A stretch of 64,000 nt of DNA, taken from Eubacteriales bacterium (GTDB lineage: Bacteria; Bacillota; Clostridia; Oscillospirales; CAG-272). Under the pieces are notes generated by a model. That model was not told the origin of the DNA. It did no database searches and saw only the letters and a list, made by a program, of their open reading frames with translations. Positions 34,676 to 45,152 of the stretch are shown one piece after another. Within the stretch, counting starts at the first letter, position 1. Every line of letters starts with the position of its first letter. The position numbers were made by a program, and so were the translations under genes. The stretch lies in the NCBI GenBank assembly GCA_045634385.1, contig JAZRAE010000093.1:5086-69085 (forward strand), in the 5' to 3' direction.

Positions 34676-35719
34676 ATGCATTCCAATTCTAAATCCGAGG
34701 CTTACGCAAGCGCAGGCGTTGATATTACCGCAGGCTATAAGGCGGTTGAGCTTATGAAGGCTCACGTAGCAAGAACGGTTATTTCCAACAGATCGGAGGA
34801 GATCGGCGGCTTTGGCGGCCTTTTCGAGCTTGATATAACCGATATGCCCCACCCCGTGTTAGTTTCCGGCACCGACGGAGTCGGAACAAAGCTTAAGCTT
34901 GCATTCCTTATGAACAAGCACGATACCGTGGGTATCGACTGCGTTGCAATGTGCGTCAATGACGTTATCTGCTGTGGTGCAAAGCCCCTGTTCTTCCTTG
35001 ACTACATTGCGTGCGGAAAGAACTATCCCGAAAAAATAGCGGCTATTGTCGGCGGCGTTGCAGAGGGGTGTGTACAGTCCGGCTGTGAGCTTATTGGCGG
35101 TGAGACCGCGGAGATGCCGGGCTTCTACCCCATCGACGAATACGACCTCGCAGGCTTTACCGTAGGTGCGGTTGACCGCTCCAATGTTATTAATAACAAG
35201 CTTATGGCTGTGGGCGACGTAGTTATCGCGATTCCTTCAAGCGGTGTTCACTCCAACGGCTTCTCTCTTGTCAGAAAGGTGTTTGACGTTGAAAACTGCG
35301 ATCTTAAATCTCCCATTACAGAATTAGGCGGTAAGTCGCTCGGTGAAACACTTCTCACTCCCACAAAAATATACGTAAAGCCTATGCTGGCTCTTATGAA
35401 TGGAGTGACCGTAAAGGGCGTTTCCCACATCACGGGTGGCGGCTTCTATGAGAATATACCCAGAAGTATTCCCGACGGTCTTGGTGCAAAAATAAACAAA
35501 TCCAAGGTTAAGGTGCTTCCCATATTCAAGCTTATTGAGAAGATTGGCGGCATCAGCGAAAGAGATATGTTCAACACCTTTAATATGGGTGTCGGAATGA
35601 GCGTTGTAGTTGCCAAGGAGGATGCCGAGCGTGCTCTTGATATTCTCAAAGCAAACGGTGAGGATGCATACCTTATAGGTGAAATTATAAAATCCGACGA
35701 AAAGATCATTCTCGAGTAA
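34676..35719 (+). CDS. purM: AIR synthetase
   Basis: 347 aa. YASAGVDI..., [19 protein letters not shown]. Confidence 0.92.
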   Translation: MHSNSKSEAYASAGVDITAGYKAVELMKAHVARTVISNRSEEIGGFGGLFELDITDMPHPVLVSGTDGVGTKLKLAFLMNKHDTVGIDCVAMCVNDVICCGAKPLFFLDYIACGKNYPEKIAAIVGGVAEGCVQSGCELIGGETAEMPGFYPIDEYDLAGFTVGAVDRSNVINNKLMAVGDVVIAIPSSGVHSNGFSLVRKVFDVENCDLKSPITELGGKSLGETLLTPTKIYVKPMLALMNGVTVKGVSHITGGGFYENIPRSIPDGLGAKINKSKVKVLPIFKLIEKIGGISERDMFNTFNMGVGMSVVVAKEDAERALDILKANGEDAYLIGEIIKSDEKIILE

Positions 35720-35766
35720 TACTCAATCAAAAAAGCATTTATCGAACAAAACATTCGGAGTCTGAT

Positions 35767-36381
35767 ATGGAAAAAATAAAGGTTGCCGTGCTCGTTTCAG
35801 GCGGAGGCACAAACCTCGGTGCGCTTATCGATGCCGAGAAGAAAGGTATAATCAAGAGCGGTAAAATATCGCTCGTTATCTCAAACAAAGTCGGAGCATA
35901 CGCTCTTGAACGCGCGAAGAACGCAGGCATTGAAGCTTTGACCGTCACCAAAACGGAGTGCGGATCTCAAGAGGCGTTTGAGGAAAGGCTTATAGACGAG
36001 CTCACCTCTCACGGCATTGAGCTTATCGTTCTTGCAGGATTTATGGCTATCCTCTCGGAGAAATTCACCCACACGTTTGAAGATCGAATCATCAACGTAC
36101 ACCCTTCCCTCATCCCTTCATTTTGCGGCAAGGGCTTCTACGGCCTTAGGGTACACAAGGCAGCTCTCGAATACGGGGTAAAGGTTACGGGCGCTACCGT
36201 ACACTATGTTAACGAGATACCCGACGGTGGAAAAATAATTCTGCAAAAGAGTGTTTCCATAAAAGAAAACGACACCCCTGAGCTCCTTCAAAGAAGGGTT
36301 ATGGAAAAGGCGGAATGGATAATCCTGCCAAAGGCGTGCGAGCTTGTTTCTAAAAAGCTGCTCAACAATAAAAAGGCGTAA
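35767..36381 (+). CDS. purN: GAR formyltransferase
   Basis: 204 aa. VLVSGGGTNL, LAGFM, NVHPSLIPSF. Confidence 0.9.
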   Translation: MEKIKVAVLVSGGGTNLGALIDAEKKGIIKSGKISLVISNKVGAYALERAKNAGIEALTVTKTECGSQEAFEERLIDELTSHGIELIVLAGFMAILSEKFTHTFEDRIINVHPSLIPSFCGKGFYGLRVHKAALEYGVKVTGATVHYVNEIPDGGKIILQKSVSIKENDTPELLQRRVMEKAEWIILPKACELVSKKLLNNKKA

Positions 36382-36402
36382 GAAGACGTATTAAAGGAGT
36401 TT

Positions 36403-37128
36403 ATGCAAATGAATATTTACAAAATAAATGATATTGGCGAGCTTATAAAAGAGAACCCATACGTAGGCAGAGGCATTGTTATAGGAAAGACCGAAAATTC
36501 GGATTGTGCCGCAGTTGCTTATTTCATCATGGGCAGAAGCAGCAATTCCAGAAACCGAGTATTTACCAAGCACGGCGGAGACCTCTATACCGAGCCTTAT
36601 GATATAAGCAAGGTTGAAGACCCCTCACTTATCATCTACGCGGCGGTAAGAGAAACCGAGGGCGGCCTCATCGTCACCAACGGCGACCAGACCGACACGG
36701 TGTATAACGGACTCAAAGAGGGCTTGTCCTTCTCGGACTCATTGAAGAGCCGCGAGTTTGAGCCCGATGCTCCCAACCTCACTCCCCGTATCAGTGGATA
36801 CCTTACGTTTGGCAAAGGCGACTTTACCTACGAGATGAGCATACTCAAATCTGCCGATCCTCTCGGTACGGCTTGCAACCGCTACACGTTCTCTTACCCT
36901 TCCCTTGCAGGTCTTGGTCACTTTATCCACACATACGTGACCGACGGAAACCCCATTCCCACCTTCCAGGGCGAGCCCGAGCGCGTTATGATTCCAAACG
37001 ACATCGATGCGTTCACAAACAATCTGTGGGCAAATCTCAACGAGGATAACAAAATATCCCTTTACGTAAGATACATCAATCTTTCGAGTGGTGAGATTAC
37101 CGAAAGACTTATTAACAAAAACTCCTGA
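36403..37128 (+). CDS. purO: IMP cyclohydrolase, archaeal PurO-like type
   Basis: 241 aa. NPYVGRGIVIGK...AYFIMGRSSNSRNRVF...IVTNGDQTD pattern of the IMP_cyclohyd family. Confidence 0.8.
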   Translation: MQMNIYKINDIGELIKENPYVGRGIVIGKTENSDCAAVAYFIMGRSSNSRNRVFTKHGGDLYTEPYDISKVEDPSLIIYAAVRETEGGLIVTNGDQTDTVYNGLKEGLSFSDSLKSREFEPDAPNLTPRISGYLTFGKGDFTYEMSILKSADPLGTACNRYTFSYPSLAGLGHFIHTYVTDGNPIPTFQGEPERVMIPNDIDAFTNNLWANLNEDNKISLYVRYINLSSGEITERLINKNS

Positions 37129-37143
37129 AAGGATCTGTGGAAA

Positions 37144-38331
37144 ATGAAAGAATTTGAACTTAAGTACGGCTGTAACCCCAATCAGAAGCCGTCTAAAATA
37201 TATATGCACGATGGCTCGGAGCTTCCCATTGAGATCCTCTCGGGAAGACCCGGCTACATAAACTTCCTTGATGCCTTCAACTCTTGGCAGCTCGTCAAGG
37301 AGATAAAGGAGGCTATCGGTATGTCCGCTGCGGCAAGCTTTAAGCACGTATCACCCACCGCGGCGGCGATAGGCAAGCCCCTCTCCGATGCACTCAAAAA
37401 GGCGTGCTTCGTTGACGATATTGAGGGCCTTGACGAATCCCCCCTTGCCTGCGCTTATGCCAGAGCAAGAGGTACTGACAGAATGTCTTCCTTCGGTGAC
37501 TGGATCGCGCTCTCAGACGAGTGTGATCTCACCACGGCAAAGATAATCAGCCGCGAGGTGTCCGACGGAATAATAGCTCCCTCATACTCCCCCGAGGCTC
37601 TCGAGCTTCTCAAAGCTAAGAGAAAGGGCGCATACAACATCGTTAAGATAGATCCCGATTATGTACCCACCGAGGTTGAAAGAAAGCAGGTGTTCGGTAT
37701 CACCTTTGAGCAAGGCAGAAACAACTTCAAGATTGACCGCGAGCTTCTTTCAAACGTGGTTACCGCTAATAAGGAACTCCCCGATGAGGCGAAGATCGAT
37801 ATGATAATCGCACTTATCACTCTTAAATACACTCAGTCAAACTCCGTATGCTTTGCCAAGGACGGCCAGGCTATCGGTGTCGGTGCAGGTCAGCAGTCGA
37901 GAATCCATTGCACCCGTCTTGCAGGAGATAAGGCAGATCTTTGGCATCTTCGTCAGAGTGAAAGAGTCCTTTCCCTCAAGTTTGCGGACGGAATCGGCAG
38001 ACCCGACAAAAACAACATCATCGACCTCTACCTCTCCGACAGAGATGCGGATACCGTACTCGGTGACGACGTATGGCAGAACTATTTCTCAGAAAGACCC
38101 GAGCCCTTCACTCGCGAGGAAAAGGACGCATATCTTTCCACGGTTACCGGTGTAACTGTAGGATCGGATGCATTCTTCCCCTTCGCAGACAACATTGACC
38201 GCGCGGCAAAGAGCGGTGTATCCTACATTGCAGAGCCCGGCGGATCTATCCGTGACAACCTCGTTATTGAGGCGGCGGATAAGTACGGTATGGTAATGTC
38301 ATTTACCGGAATGAGACTCTTCCATCACTAA
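37144..38331 (+). CDS. purH: AICAR formyltransferase (transformylase domain only)
   Basis: 395 aa. LKYGCNPNQ start, QSNSVCFAKDGQAIGVGAGQQSRIHC. No MGS-like IMP cyclohydrolase domain. Confidence 0.85.
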   Translation: MKEFELKYGCNPNQKPSKIYMHDGSELPIEILSGRPGYINFLDAFNSWQLVKEIKEAIGMSAAASFKHVSPTAAAIGKPLSDALKKACFVDDIEGLDESPLACAYARARGTDRMSSFGDWIALSDECDLTTAKIISREVSDGIIAPSYSPEALELLKAKRKGAYNIVKIDPDYVPTEVERKQVFGITFEQGRNNFKIDRELLSNVVTANKELPDEAKIDMIIALITLKYTQSNSVCFAKDGQAIGVGAGQQSRIHCTRLAGDKADLWHLRQSERVLSLKFADGIGRPDKNNIIDLYLSDRDADTVLGDDVWQNYFSERPEPFTREEKDAYLSTVTGVTVGSDAFFPFADNIDRAAKSGVSYIAEPGGSIRDNLVIEAADKYGMVMSFTGMRLFHH

Positions 38332-38347
38332 TATTAAGGAGTATTAA

Positions 38348-39616
38348 ATGAAGGTTTTGGTTGTTGGCGGCGGCGGACGCGAGCACGCTATAATTAAGTC
38401 CGTAAAGAAGAATGAGAGCGTGGAGACCATCTACGCATTGCCGGGTAACGGCGGTATAGCAGAAGATGCGATCTGCGTTGATATCGGTGCAAAGGATATT
38501 GACGGCATTGTTGAATTTGCAAAGAATAACAGTATTGATTACGCCATAGTTGCTCCCGATGATCCGCTTGTTCTCGGTGCGGTTGACGCGCTTGAGGCTG
38601 TAGGTATTCCCTCTTTCGGTCCAAACAAGGCGGCGGCTATAATCGAAGGTAGTAAGGCTTTCTCTAAGGAGCTTATGAAAAAGTACGGTATTCCTACCGC
38701 GGCTTATGAAACGTTCTCTGACGAGGATGCTGCGCTTAAATATCTCGATACCGTCAGCTTCCCAACCGTAATCAAGGCGGACGGTCTTGCGCTCGGTAAA
38801 GGCGTTATCATTGCTATGAACAAGGATGAGGCGATATCCGCCGTTAAGTCAATGATGACTGACGGTATTTTCGGCGAAAGCGGCAAGCGTGTTATTATCG
38901 AGGATTTTCTTGAAGGTCCCGAGGTGTCCGTGCTTGCTTTCACCGACGGCAAATGTGTTGTGCCTATGATCTCTTCCATGGATCACAAGAGAGCTCATGA
39001 CGGTGACGAAGGCCTAAACACAGGCGGTATGGGTACCGTTGCACCCAATCCTTACTATACCGACGAAATCAAAGACAAATGCATGGAGGAAATCTTCATT
39101 CCCACCATAAACGCCATGAACCGGGAAGGCAGAACCTTTAAGGGATGTCTGTACTTTGGACTTATGGTAACAAAAAACGGTCCTAAGGTTATCGAGTATA
39201 ACTGTCGATTCGGCGATCCCGAAACGCAGGTCGTTCTCCCGCTTCTTGAAACCGACCTTCTCACAGTTATGCAGGCAGTCACAGAGGAGAGGCTCTCCGA
39301 GATCAAAGTTGAGTTCTCAACCGACTCTGCTTGCTGTGTAATTATGGCATCCAACGGCTATCCCGAGAAATACCAAAAGGGATTTGAAATAACCATTCCC
39401 GAGGATGTTAAAAAAGACGTTTACGTTGCAGGAGCAACACTGAGCAATAACAAGCTCCTTACTTCAGGCGGACGAGTGCTCGGCGCTGTAAAGACTGCAA
39501 AGAGTCTTGAAGATGCGGTCGCGGGCGCATATTCTCTTGTCGAAAAAATACATTTTGAAAATGCATACTTCCGCCACGACATAGGAGCAAAAGCTCTTTT
39601 AGCTAAAGGAGAGTAA
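38348..39616 (+). CDS. purD: GAR synthetase
   Basis: 422 aa. MKVLVVGGGGREHA, ATP-grasp core, NCRFGDPE. Confidence 0.93.
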   Translation: MKVLVVGGGGREHAIIKSVKKNESVETIYALPGNGGIAEDAICVDIGAKDIDGIVEFAKNNSIDYAIVAPDDPLVLGAVDALEAVGIPSFGPNKAAAIIEGSKAFSKELMKKYGIPTAAYETFSDEDAALKYLDTVSFPTVIKADGLALGKGVIIAMNKDEAISAVKSMMTDGIFGESGKRVIIEDFLEGPEVSVLAFTDGKCVVPMISSMDHKRAHDGDEGLNTGGMGTVAPNPYYTDEIKDKCMEEIFIPTINAMNREGRTFKGCLYFGLMVTKNGPKVIEYNCRFGDPETQVVLPLLETDLLTVMQAVTEERLSEIKVEFSTDSACCVIMASNGYPEKYQKGFEITIPEDVKKDVYVAGATLSNNKLLTSGGRVLGAVKTAKSLEDAVAGAYSLVEKIHFENAYFRHDIGAKALLAKGE

Positions 39617-39619
39617 ACT

Positions 39620-42600
39620 ATGGTTTACAGAATATACGTAGAAAAGAAATCAGAGCTTGCGCATGAAGCGCACACACTTTTTGATGAGCTTCATCAACTC
39701 GTCGGCATAGAAGGACTTACAGGCGTTCGTATTCTCAACCGTTACGATGTCGAAAATATTGACGGCAAGCTTTTTGAGAAGACAGTAAGCACCGTTTTCT
39801 CAGAGCCTCAGCTTGACATAGTAACAAGTGAGCTTGATGCGCGCGACGGCAAGGTTTTTGCTGTTGAATATCTGCCAGGTCAGTACGATCAGAGAGCGGA
39901 CTCCGCGGCACAGTGTATACAGATAATTTCCTGCGGTGAACGTCCCACAATACGTACCGCAAAGGTTTACGTTCTTTTAGGAAACATCACGGATAGCGAC
40001 GTTAACGAAATAAAGAAATACGTTATCAACGCGGTCGAGAGCCGCGAGGCATCCCTCGATAAGCCCAAGACGTTGGCTATCGAATATGCAATACCCGAAA
40101 CCGTAGCAACCGTAGACGGATTTATAAGTCTTGACGATAACGGAATGAACGATCTGCTCGACAAGCTCGGTCTTGCTATGGATATTGGCGATCTCAAATT
40201 CCTCCAAGCTTATTTCAGAGATGAGGAAAAAAGAGATCCCACAATTACAGAAATCAGAGTTGTCGATACCTATTGGTCCGACCATTGCCGTCATACGACC
40301 TTCTCAACGCATATCGACAACGTAAAAATAGAAGACGAGGCAGTTGCCGCGGCTTATGAAAGATACCTTAAGTCAAGAGTCGAGGTTTACGAAGAGGAAA
40401 AGGCGGCATCCCGCCCCGAAACCTTAATGGACATTGCAACCATTGCGGTTAAGGTGCTCAAAAAGAGAGGCGACCTCCCCGAGCTTGACGAAAGCGAAGA
40501 GATCAATGCCTGCTCCATTCACGTAAGTGCCGACATAAACGGCAAAGAGCAGGATTACCTTCTCATGTTCAAGAACGAAACACACAACCATCCTACGGAG
40601 ATTGAGCCTTTCGGCGGCGCGGCAACCTGTATCGGAGGTTGTATCCGTGATCCGCTCTCCGGCCGTGCATACGTTCATCAGGCGATGCGTGTTACAGGTG
40701 CTGCCGACCCGAGAAAGCCCCTCAAGGAAACTCTCGCAGGCAAGCTTCCTCAGAGAAAAATCTGTCAGACAGCAGCTGCAGGATATTCCTCATACGGTAA
40801 CCAGATAGGACTTACCACAGGACACGTTGCGGAAATCTACCACGACGGATACGTTGCAAAGCGTCTTGAGTGCGGTGCAGTCGTTGCTGCCGCTCCCGCT
40901 TACAACGTCCGCAGAGAACGCCCCGAGGCAGGGGACGTGGTAATTCTTCTCGGCGGAAGAACAGGCCGCGACGGCATCGGCGGTGCTACGGGCTCATCAA
41001 AAACTCACAATATGAAGTCCCTCACAACTATGGCGTCCGAGGTACAAAAAGGCAACGCCCCCGAGGAAAGAAAGATACAGCGCCTTTTCAGAAACCCCGA
41101 GGTAACGCGCCTTATCAAACGTTGTAACGATTTCGGCGCAGGCGGCGTTTCTGTTGCTATAGGCGAGCTTGCAGACGGTCTTTCCATAAACCTTGATGCA
41201 GTTCGCAAAAAATATGACGGTCTTGACGGCACGGAGCTTGCTATCTCCGAATCCCAGGAGAGAATGGCGGTTGTAGTCGAAGCCGATGACGCAGATAAAT
41301 TCATCGCCTTTGCAGAAAGCGAAAACCTTGAAGCATATCAGGTTGCTACGGTTACCAAAGAAGCACGTATGGTAATGAATTGGAAGGGTCAGACTATAGC
41401 CAATCTTTCAAGAGAGTTCCTTAACACCAACGGAGCAAGCAAGCACACCGAGATAGAGGTAAGCAAAAAGGATCTTTCGGTGTTCTCCAAGGCTCTATAC
41501 AGTAACATCAGAGAAATGGCATCAGATCTCAAAACAGCGAGCCGTAAGGGCCTCGTTGAAAGATTTGACGGCTCTATCGGAGCAGGATCTGTTCTTATGC
41601 CCTTCGGCGGTAAAACACAGAGAACTCCGGCGCAGGCAATGGCGGCACTGATCCCCACCCTTCCCACTCAGACAACAAACACCGCAAGCGTTATGGCGTG
41701 GGGCTTTGACCCGGACGTTATGAGCGTTGACACCTACTCAGGTGCTCGTGCGGCGGTATATAATTCGGTTGCAAAGATAGTAGCTGCAGGCGCAGACTAC
41801 AAGGATGCATACCTTACCCTCCAAGAGTTCTTTGAAAGACTCAAGACAGACCCCTCCCGTTGGGGCAAGCCCTTCGCGGCGCTTCTCGGAGCTATGGATG
41901 CTCAGCTTGAGCTTTCCATTGCCGCAATAGGTGGTAAAGACTCTATGTCCGGAACCTTCCTTGACAAGGATGTCCCCCCTACTCTTATTTCATTTGCTAT
42001 CGCTCCCATCAAGGCGGATAAGGTGATCTCCCCCGAATTCAAGGCTTCGGGCCACCCCGTGTATATCTTTGCGCCCAAAGACTTCGGTGCGGAAAGCACA
42101 AAGGCGGCTTGGGAAAGCTTCCATAATTATTGTGAAAGCGGAAACGTAAAGGCAGCTTGGGCAGTTGAAAACGGCCTTGCCGAGGCGGTAATGAAGATGT
42201 CCTTCGGCAACGAGATCGGCTTCAAGGCGATTCCCGGTGTAGTAGCTGACGGCTGGTATAACACAATGATGTTCGACTTTATCGTAGCTGAGCTTGACTG
42301 CGAAACAGACTCCGCCTTCGCTACAAAGATCGGTTATACAACAAGCGAGCCCGTCATATCTCTTGACGGCGAGTCAGCAACCATCGAGGAGCTTGTTGCT
42401 CTTAACGATTCTACACTTGAAGGTGTATATCCTACCACAAAAAAAGCAAAAGAAACGACTGCTCCAACCTTTGCATATAATGCACAGAGCATCGCTGCAC
42501 CACATATTAAAGTAGCGAAACCCAGGGTTCTTATCCCCGTATTCCCCGGAACGAACTGCGAGTACGATTCTGCGCGCGTAGTTGAGCGTGCAGGCGCAGA

Positions 42601-43315
42601 AGCAGACATTGTAGTAATAAGAAACCTTACCTCAGATGAAGTATTAAGAAGCGTTGATACCGTTGCAAAAAAAATCAGCGAGTCTCAGATGATCTTCATA
42701 CCCGGCGGTTTCTCAGGCGGAGATGAGCCCGACGGCTCCGCAAAGTTTATCACCGCATTCTTCAGAAACCCCGCGATAAAGGAGCAGGTTGGCAGACTTC
42801 TTGACGAACGTGACGGACTTATGCTCGGTATCTGTAACGGCTTCCAGGCTCTTATTAAGCTTGGCCTTGTTCCGTATGGCAAGATCATCGACACAGATGC
42901 ATCCTGCCCGACTCTTGCGCATAATATAATCGGACGCCATCAGTCAAAGCTTGTCAGAACAAGAATTTGCACCAACAAATCCCCTTGGCTCAGCGGCACA
43001 AAGGTCGGCGAGATCTACACAGTTCCGATTTCTCACGGTGAGGGAAGATTCCTCGCCGACGAGGCTCTTGCGCTTTCCCTTGCGGAAAACGGACAGATAG
43101 CAACGCAGTACGTGGATCTTGACGGCAACCCATCAATGGATACCGCATTCAACCCCAACGGCTCTATATTCGCAATCGAAGGTATCACATCTCCCGACGG
43201 ACGAGTTCTGGGTAAGATGGGACACAGCGAGAGAATCGGCTGCGGACTTTACAAGAACGTTACCGGCGAATATGATATGAAGCTCTTTGAATCTGCGGTA
43301 AAATACTTCAAATAA
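39620..43315 (+). CDS. purL: FGAM synthase, large single-chain form with C-terminal glutaminase
   Basis: 1231 aa. HNHPTEIEPFGGAATCIGG, and a C-terminal GATase with LGICNGFQAL and GHSER. Confidence 0.93.
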   Translation: MVYRIYVEKKSELAHEAHTLFDELHQLVGIEGLTGVRILNRYDVENIDGKLFEKTVSTVFSEPQLDIVTSELDARDGKVFAVEYLPGQYDQRADSAAQCIQIISCGERPTIRTAKVYVLLGNITDSDVNEIKKYVINAVESREASLDKPKTLAIEYAIPETVATVDGFISLDDNGMNDLLDKLGLAMDIGDLKFLQAYFRDEEKRDPTITEIRVVDTYWSDHCRHTTFSTHIDNVKIEDEAVAAAYERYLKSRVEVYEEEKAASRPETLMDIATIAVKVLKKRGDLPELDESEEINACSIHVSADINGKEQDYLLMFKNETHNHPTEIEPFGGAATCIGGCIRDPLSGRAYVHQAMRVTGAADPRKPLKETLAGKLPQRKICQTAAAGYSSYGNQIGLTTGHVAEIYHDGYVAKRLECGAVVAAAPAYNVRRERPEAGDVVILLGGRTGRDGIGGATGSSKTHNMKSLTTMASEVQKGNAPEERKIQRLFRNPEVTRLIKRCNDFGAGGVSVAIGELADGLSINLDAVRKKYDGLDGTELAISESQERMAVVVEADDADKFIAFAESENLEAYQVATVTKEARMVMNWKGQTIANLSREFLNTNGASKHTEIEVSKKDLSVFSKALYSNIREMASDLKTASRKGLVERFDGSIGAGSVLMPFGGKTQRTPAQAMAALIPTLPTQTTNTASVMAWGFDPDVMSVDTYSGARAAVYNSVAKIVAAGADYKDAYLTLQEFFERLKTDPSRWGKPFAALLGAMDAQLELSIAAIGGKDSMSGTFLDKDVPPTLISFAIAPIKADKVISPEFKASGHPVYIFAPKDFGAESTKAAWESFHNYCESGNVKAAWAVENGLAEAVMKMSFGNEIGFKAIPGVVADGWYNTMMFDFIVAELDCETDSAFATKIGYTTSEPVISLDGESATIEELVALNDSTLEGVYPTTKKAKETTAPTFAYNAQSIAAPHIKVAKPRVLIPVFPGTNCEYDSARVVERAGAEADIVVIRNLTSDEVLRSVDTVAKKISESQMIFIPGGFSGGDEPDGSAKFITAFFRNPAIKEQVGRLLDERDGLMLGICNGFQALIKLGLVPYGKIIDTDASCPTLAHNIIGRHQSKLVRTRICTNKSPWLSGTKVGEIYTVPISHGEGRFLADEALALSLAENGQIATQYVDLDGNPSMDTAFNPNGSIFAIEGITSPDGRVLGKMGHSERIGCGLYKNVTGEYDMKLFESAVKYFK

Positions 43316-43441
43316 TAGCTATAAGACGAAAAAGGGGCGCAAAACCTCACACGCCCCCATACATTTAAGAAAAATCCGACAACTCGTGTTTTCCGACAAA
43401 GCTTTCGGATCCACCTTTCTTACAACTTAAAAGGAGAAACT

Positions 43442-45115
43442 ATGGCATATTTATCCGATATAGAAATAGCACAGCAGTGCAAAATGAAACACATAAACGA
43501 AATTGCGAAAAAGCTTGAAATTTCCGACGATTATATTGAACAGTACGGTAAATACAAGGCAAAGATAGACTACTCACTTATTAAGGATTCTCCCCGTAAG
43601 AACGGCAAGCTCATTCTTGTTACCGCAATCACACCCACCGCGGCGGGAGAAGGCAAGACAACAACGACTATCGGTCTTGCAGACGGTCTAACAAAAATAG
43701 GTAAGAGATGCGCAGTTGCTCTGCGCGAGCCCTCACTCGGTCCTGTATTCGGAATCAAGGGCGGCGCCGCAGGTGGCGGATACGCGCAGGTAGTTCCTAT
43801 GGAGGATATCAATCTTCATTTCACCGGTGACTTCCACGCCATCGGCGCGGCGAACAATCTTCTTGCTGCCATGCTTGATAACCACATCCACCAGGGCAAT
43901 GCTCTTGGAATCGACCTTGAAAAGATCACCTGGAAAAGATGCGTTGATATGAACGACCGTCAGCTCCGTTTTATCAAGATCGGTCTTGGCGGTGAGAAAA
44001 ACGGCACACCCCGTGACGACGGCTACGATATCACCGTAGCATCCGAGATCATGGCAGTGTTCTGTCTTGCGAGCTCGATCACTGACCTCAAGGAGAGACT
44101 TGCAAGAATCGTAGTGGCATACACCCACGACGATAAGCCCGTGACCGCAGGACAGCTCGGAGCAGTCGGTGCAATGACCGCGCTTCTCAAGGATGCTATG
44201 AAACCCAACCTCGTACAAACTCTTGAAGGCACGCCCGCATTCGTACACGGTGGACCTTTCGCAAATATTGCTCACGGCTGTAACTCGGTAATAGCAACGA
44301 GAATGGCTATGAAGCTCGCTGATTACGCTGTGACCGAAGCAGGCTTCGGCGCTGATCTCGGAGCAGAAAAGTTCCTTGATATCAAGTGCCGTATGGCAGA
44401 CCTCAAGCCCGATGCGGTAGTAGTTGTTGCTACAGTCCGCGCACTTAAGCTCCACGGCGGAGTACCTAAAACAGAGCTCGGCGAGGAAAATCTTGAGGCA
44501 CTTGAGATCGGTCTTCCCAACCTCCTTCGTCACGTTTCAAACATTAAGAATGTGTACAAGCTCCCCTGCGTAGTTGCAGTTAACCGCTCCCCCACCGACA
44601 CCGATGCAGAGATCAACCTCGTTATCGAAAAGTGCCGCGAGCTCGGCGTAAACGTTCGTCTCTCTACCGTTTGGGCAAATGGCGGCAACGGTGGTATCGA
44701 GCTTGCAGAAGAGATCGTAAATCTCTGCGAGGAGAAGAACGACTTCACCTTCAGTTACGAGCTTGACACCACTATTGAAGAAAAGATCGATGCGATCGTC
44801 AAGAAGGTATACGGTGGCGACGGCGTAGTATTCACCGACGAGGCGCAGGCGGAGATAGACAGACTCACCGCGCTCGGATACGGTAAGCTCCCCGTTTGTA
44901 TGGCTAAAACTCAGTACAGCTTCTCCGACGACGCAACTAAGCTCGGCGCTCCTAACGGCTTCACAGTTACCGTCAGAAAGATCAAGGTTTCTGCCGGCGC
45001 AGGATTTATCGTAGCGCTCACCGGTAACATTATGACTATGCCCGGACTCCCCAAGATTCCCGCTGCAGAGAGAATAGATGTTGATGAAAATGGAAAAATA
45101 TCCGGTTTATTCTAA
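43442..45115 (+). CDS. fhs: formate--tetrahydrofolate ligase
   Basis: 557 aa. [40 protein letters not shown]. Confidence 0.95.
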   Translation: MAYLSDIEIAQQCKMKHINEIAKKLEISDDYIEQYGKYKAKIDYSLIKDSPRKNGKLILVTAITPTAAGEGKTTTTIGLADGLTKIGKRCAVALREPSLGPVFGIKGGAAGGGYAQVVPMEDINLHFTGDFHAIGAANNLLAAMLDNHIHQGNALGIDLEKITWKRCVDMNDRQLRFIKIGLGGEKNGTPRDDGYDITVASEIMAVFCLASSITDLKERLARIVVAYTHDDKPVTAGQLGAVGAMTALLKDAMKPNLVQTLEGTPAFVHGGPFANIAHGCNSVIATRMAMKLADYAVTEAGFGADLGAEKFLDIKCRMADLKPDAVVVVATVRALKLHGGVPKTELGEENLEALEIGLPNLLRHVSNIKNVYKLPCVVAVNRSPTDTDAEINLVIEKCRELGVNVRLSTVWANGGNGGIELAEEIVNLCEEKNDFTFSYELDTTIEEKIDAIVKKVYGGDGVVFTDEAQAEIDRLTALGYGKLPVCMAKTQYSFSDDATKLGAPNGFTVTVRKIKVSAGAGFIVALTGNIMTMPGLPKIPAAERIDVDENGKISGLF

Positions 45116-45152
45116 TTTAAGTTTACAAAACAACTGATTTCGAGGTATAAAT

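Noticed and set aside
43733-44533. 266-aa minus-strand ORF inside fhs (similar antisense ORFs lie inside purO/purH at 36739-37347 and inside purL)
   Set aside because: It is antisense to genes with unmistakable enzyme motifs, and shows the same codon-bias artefact.
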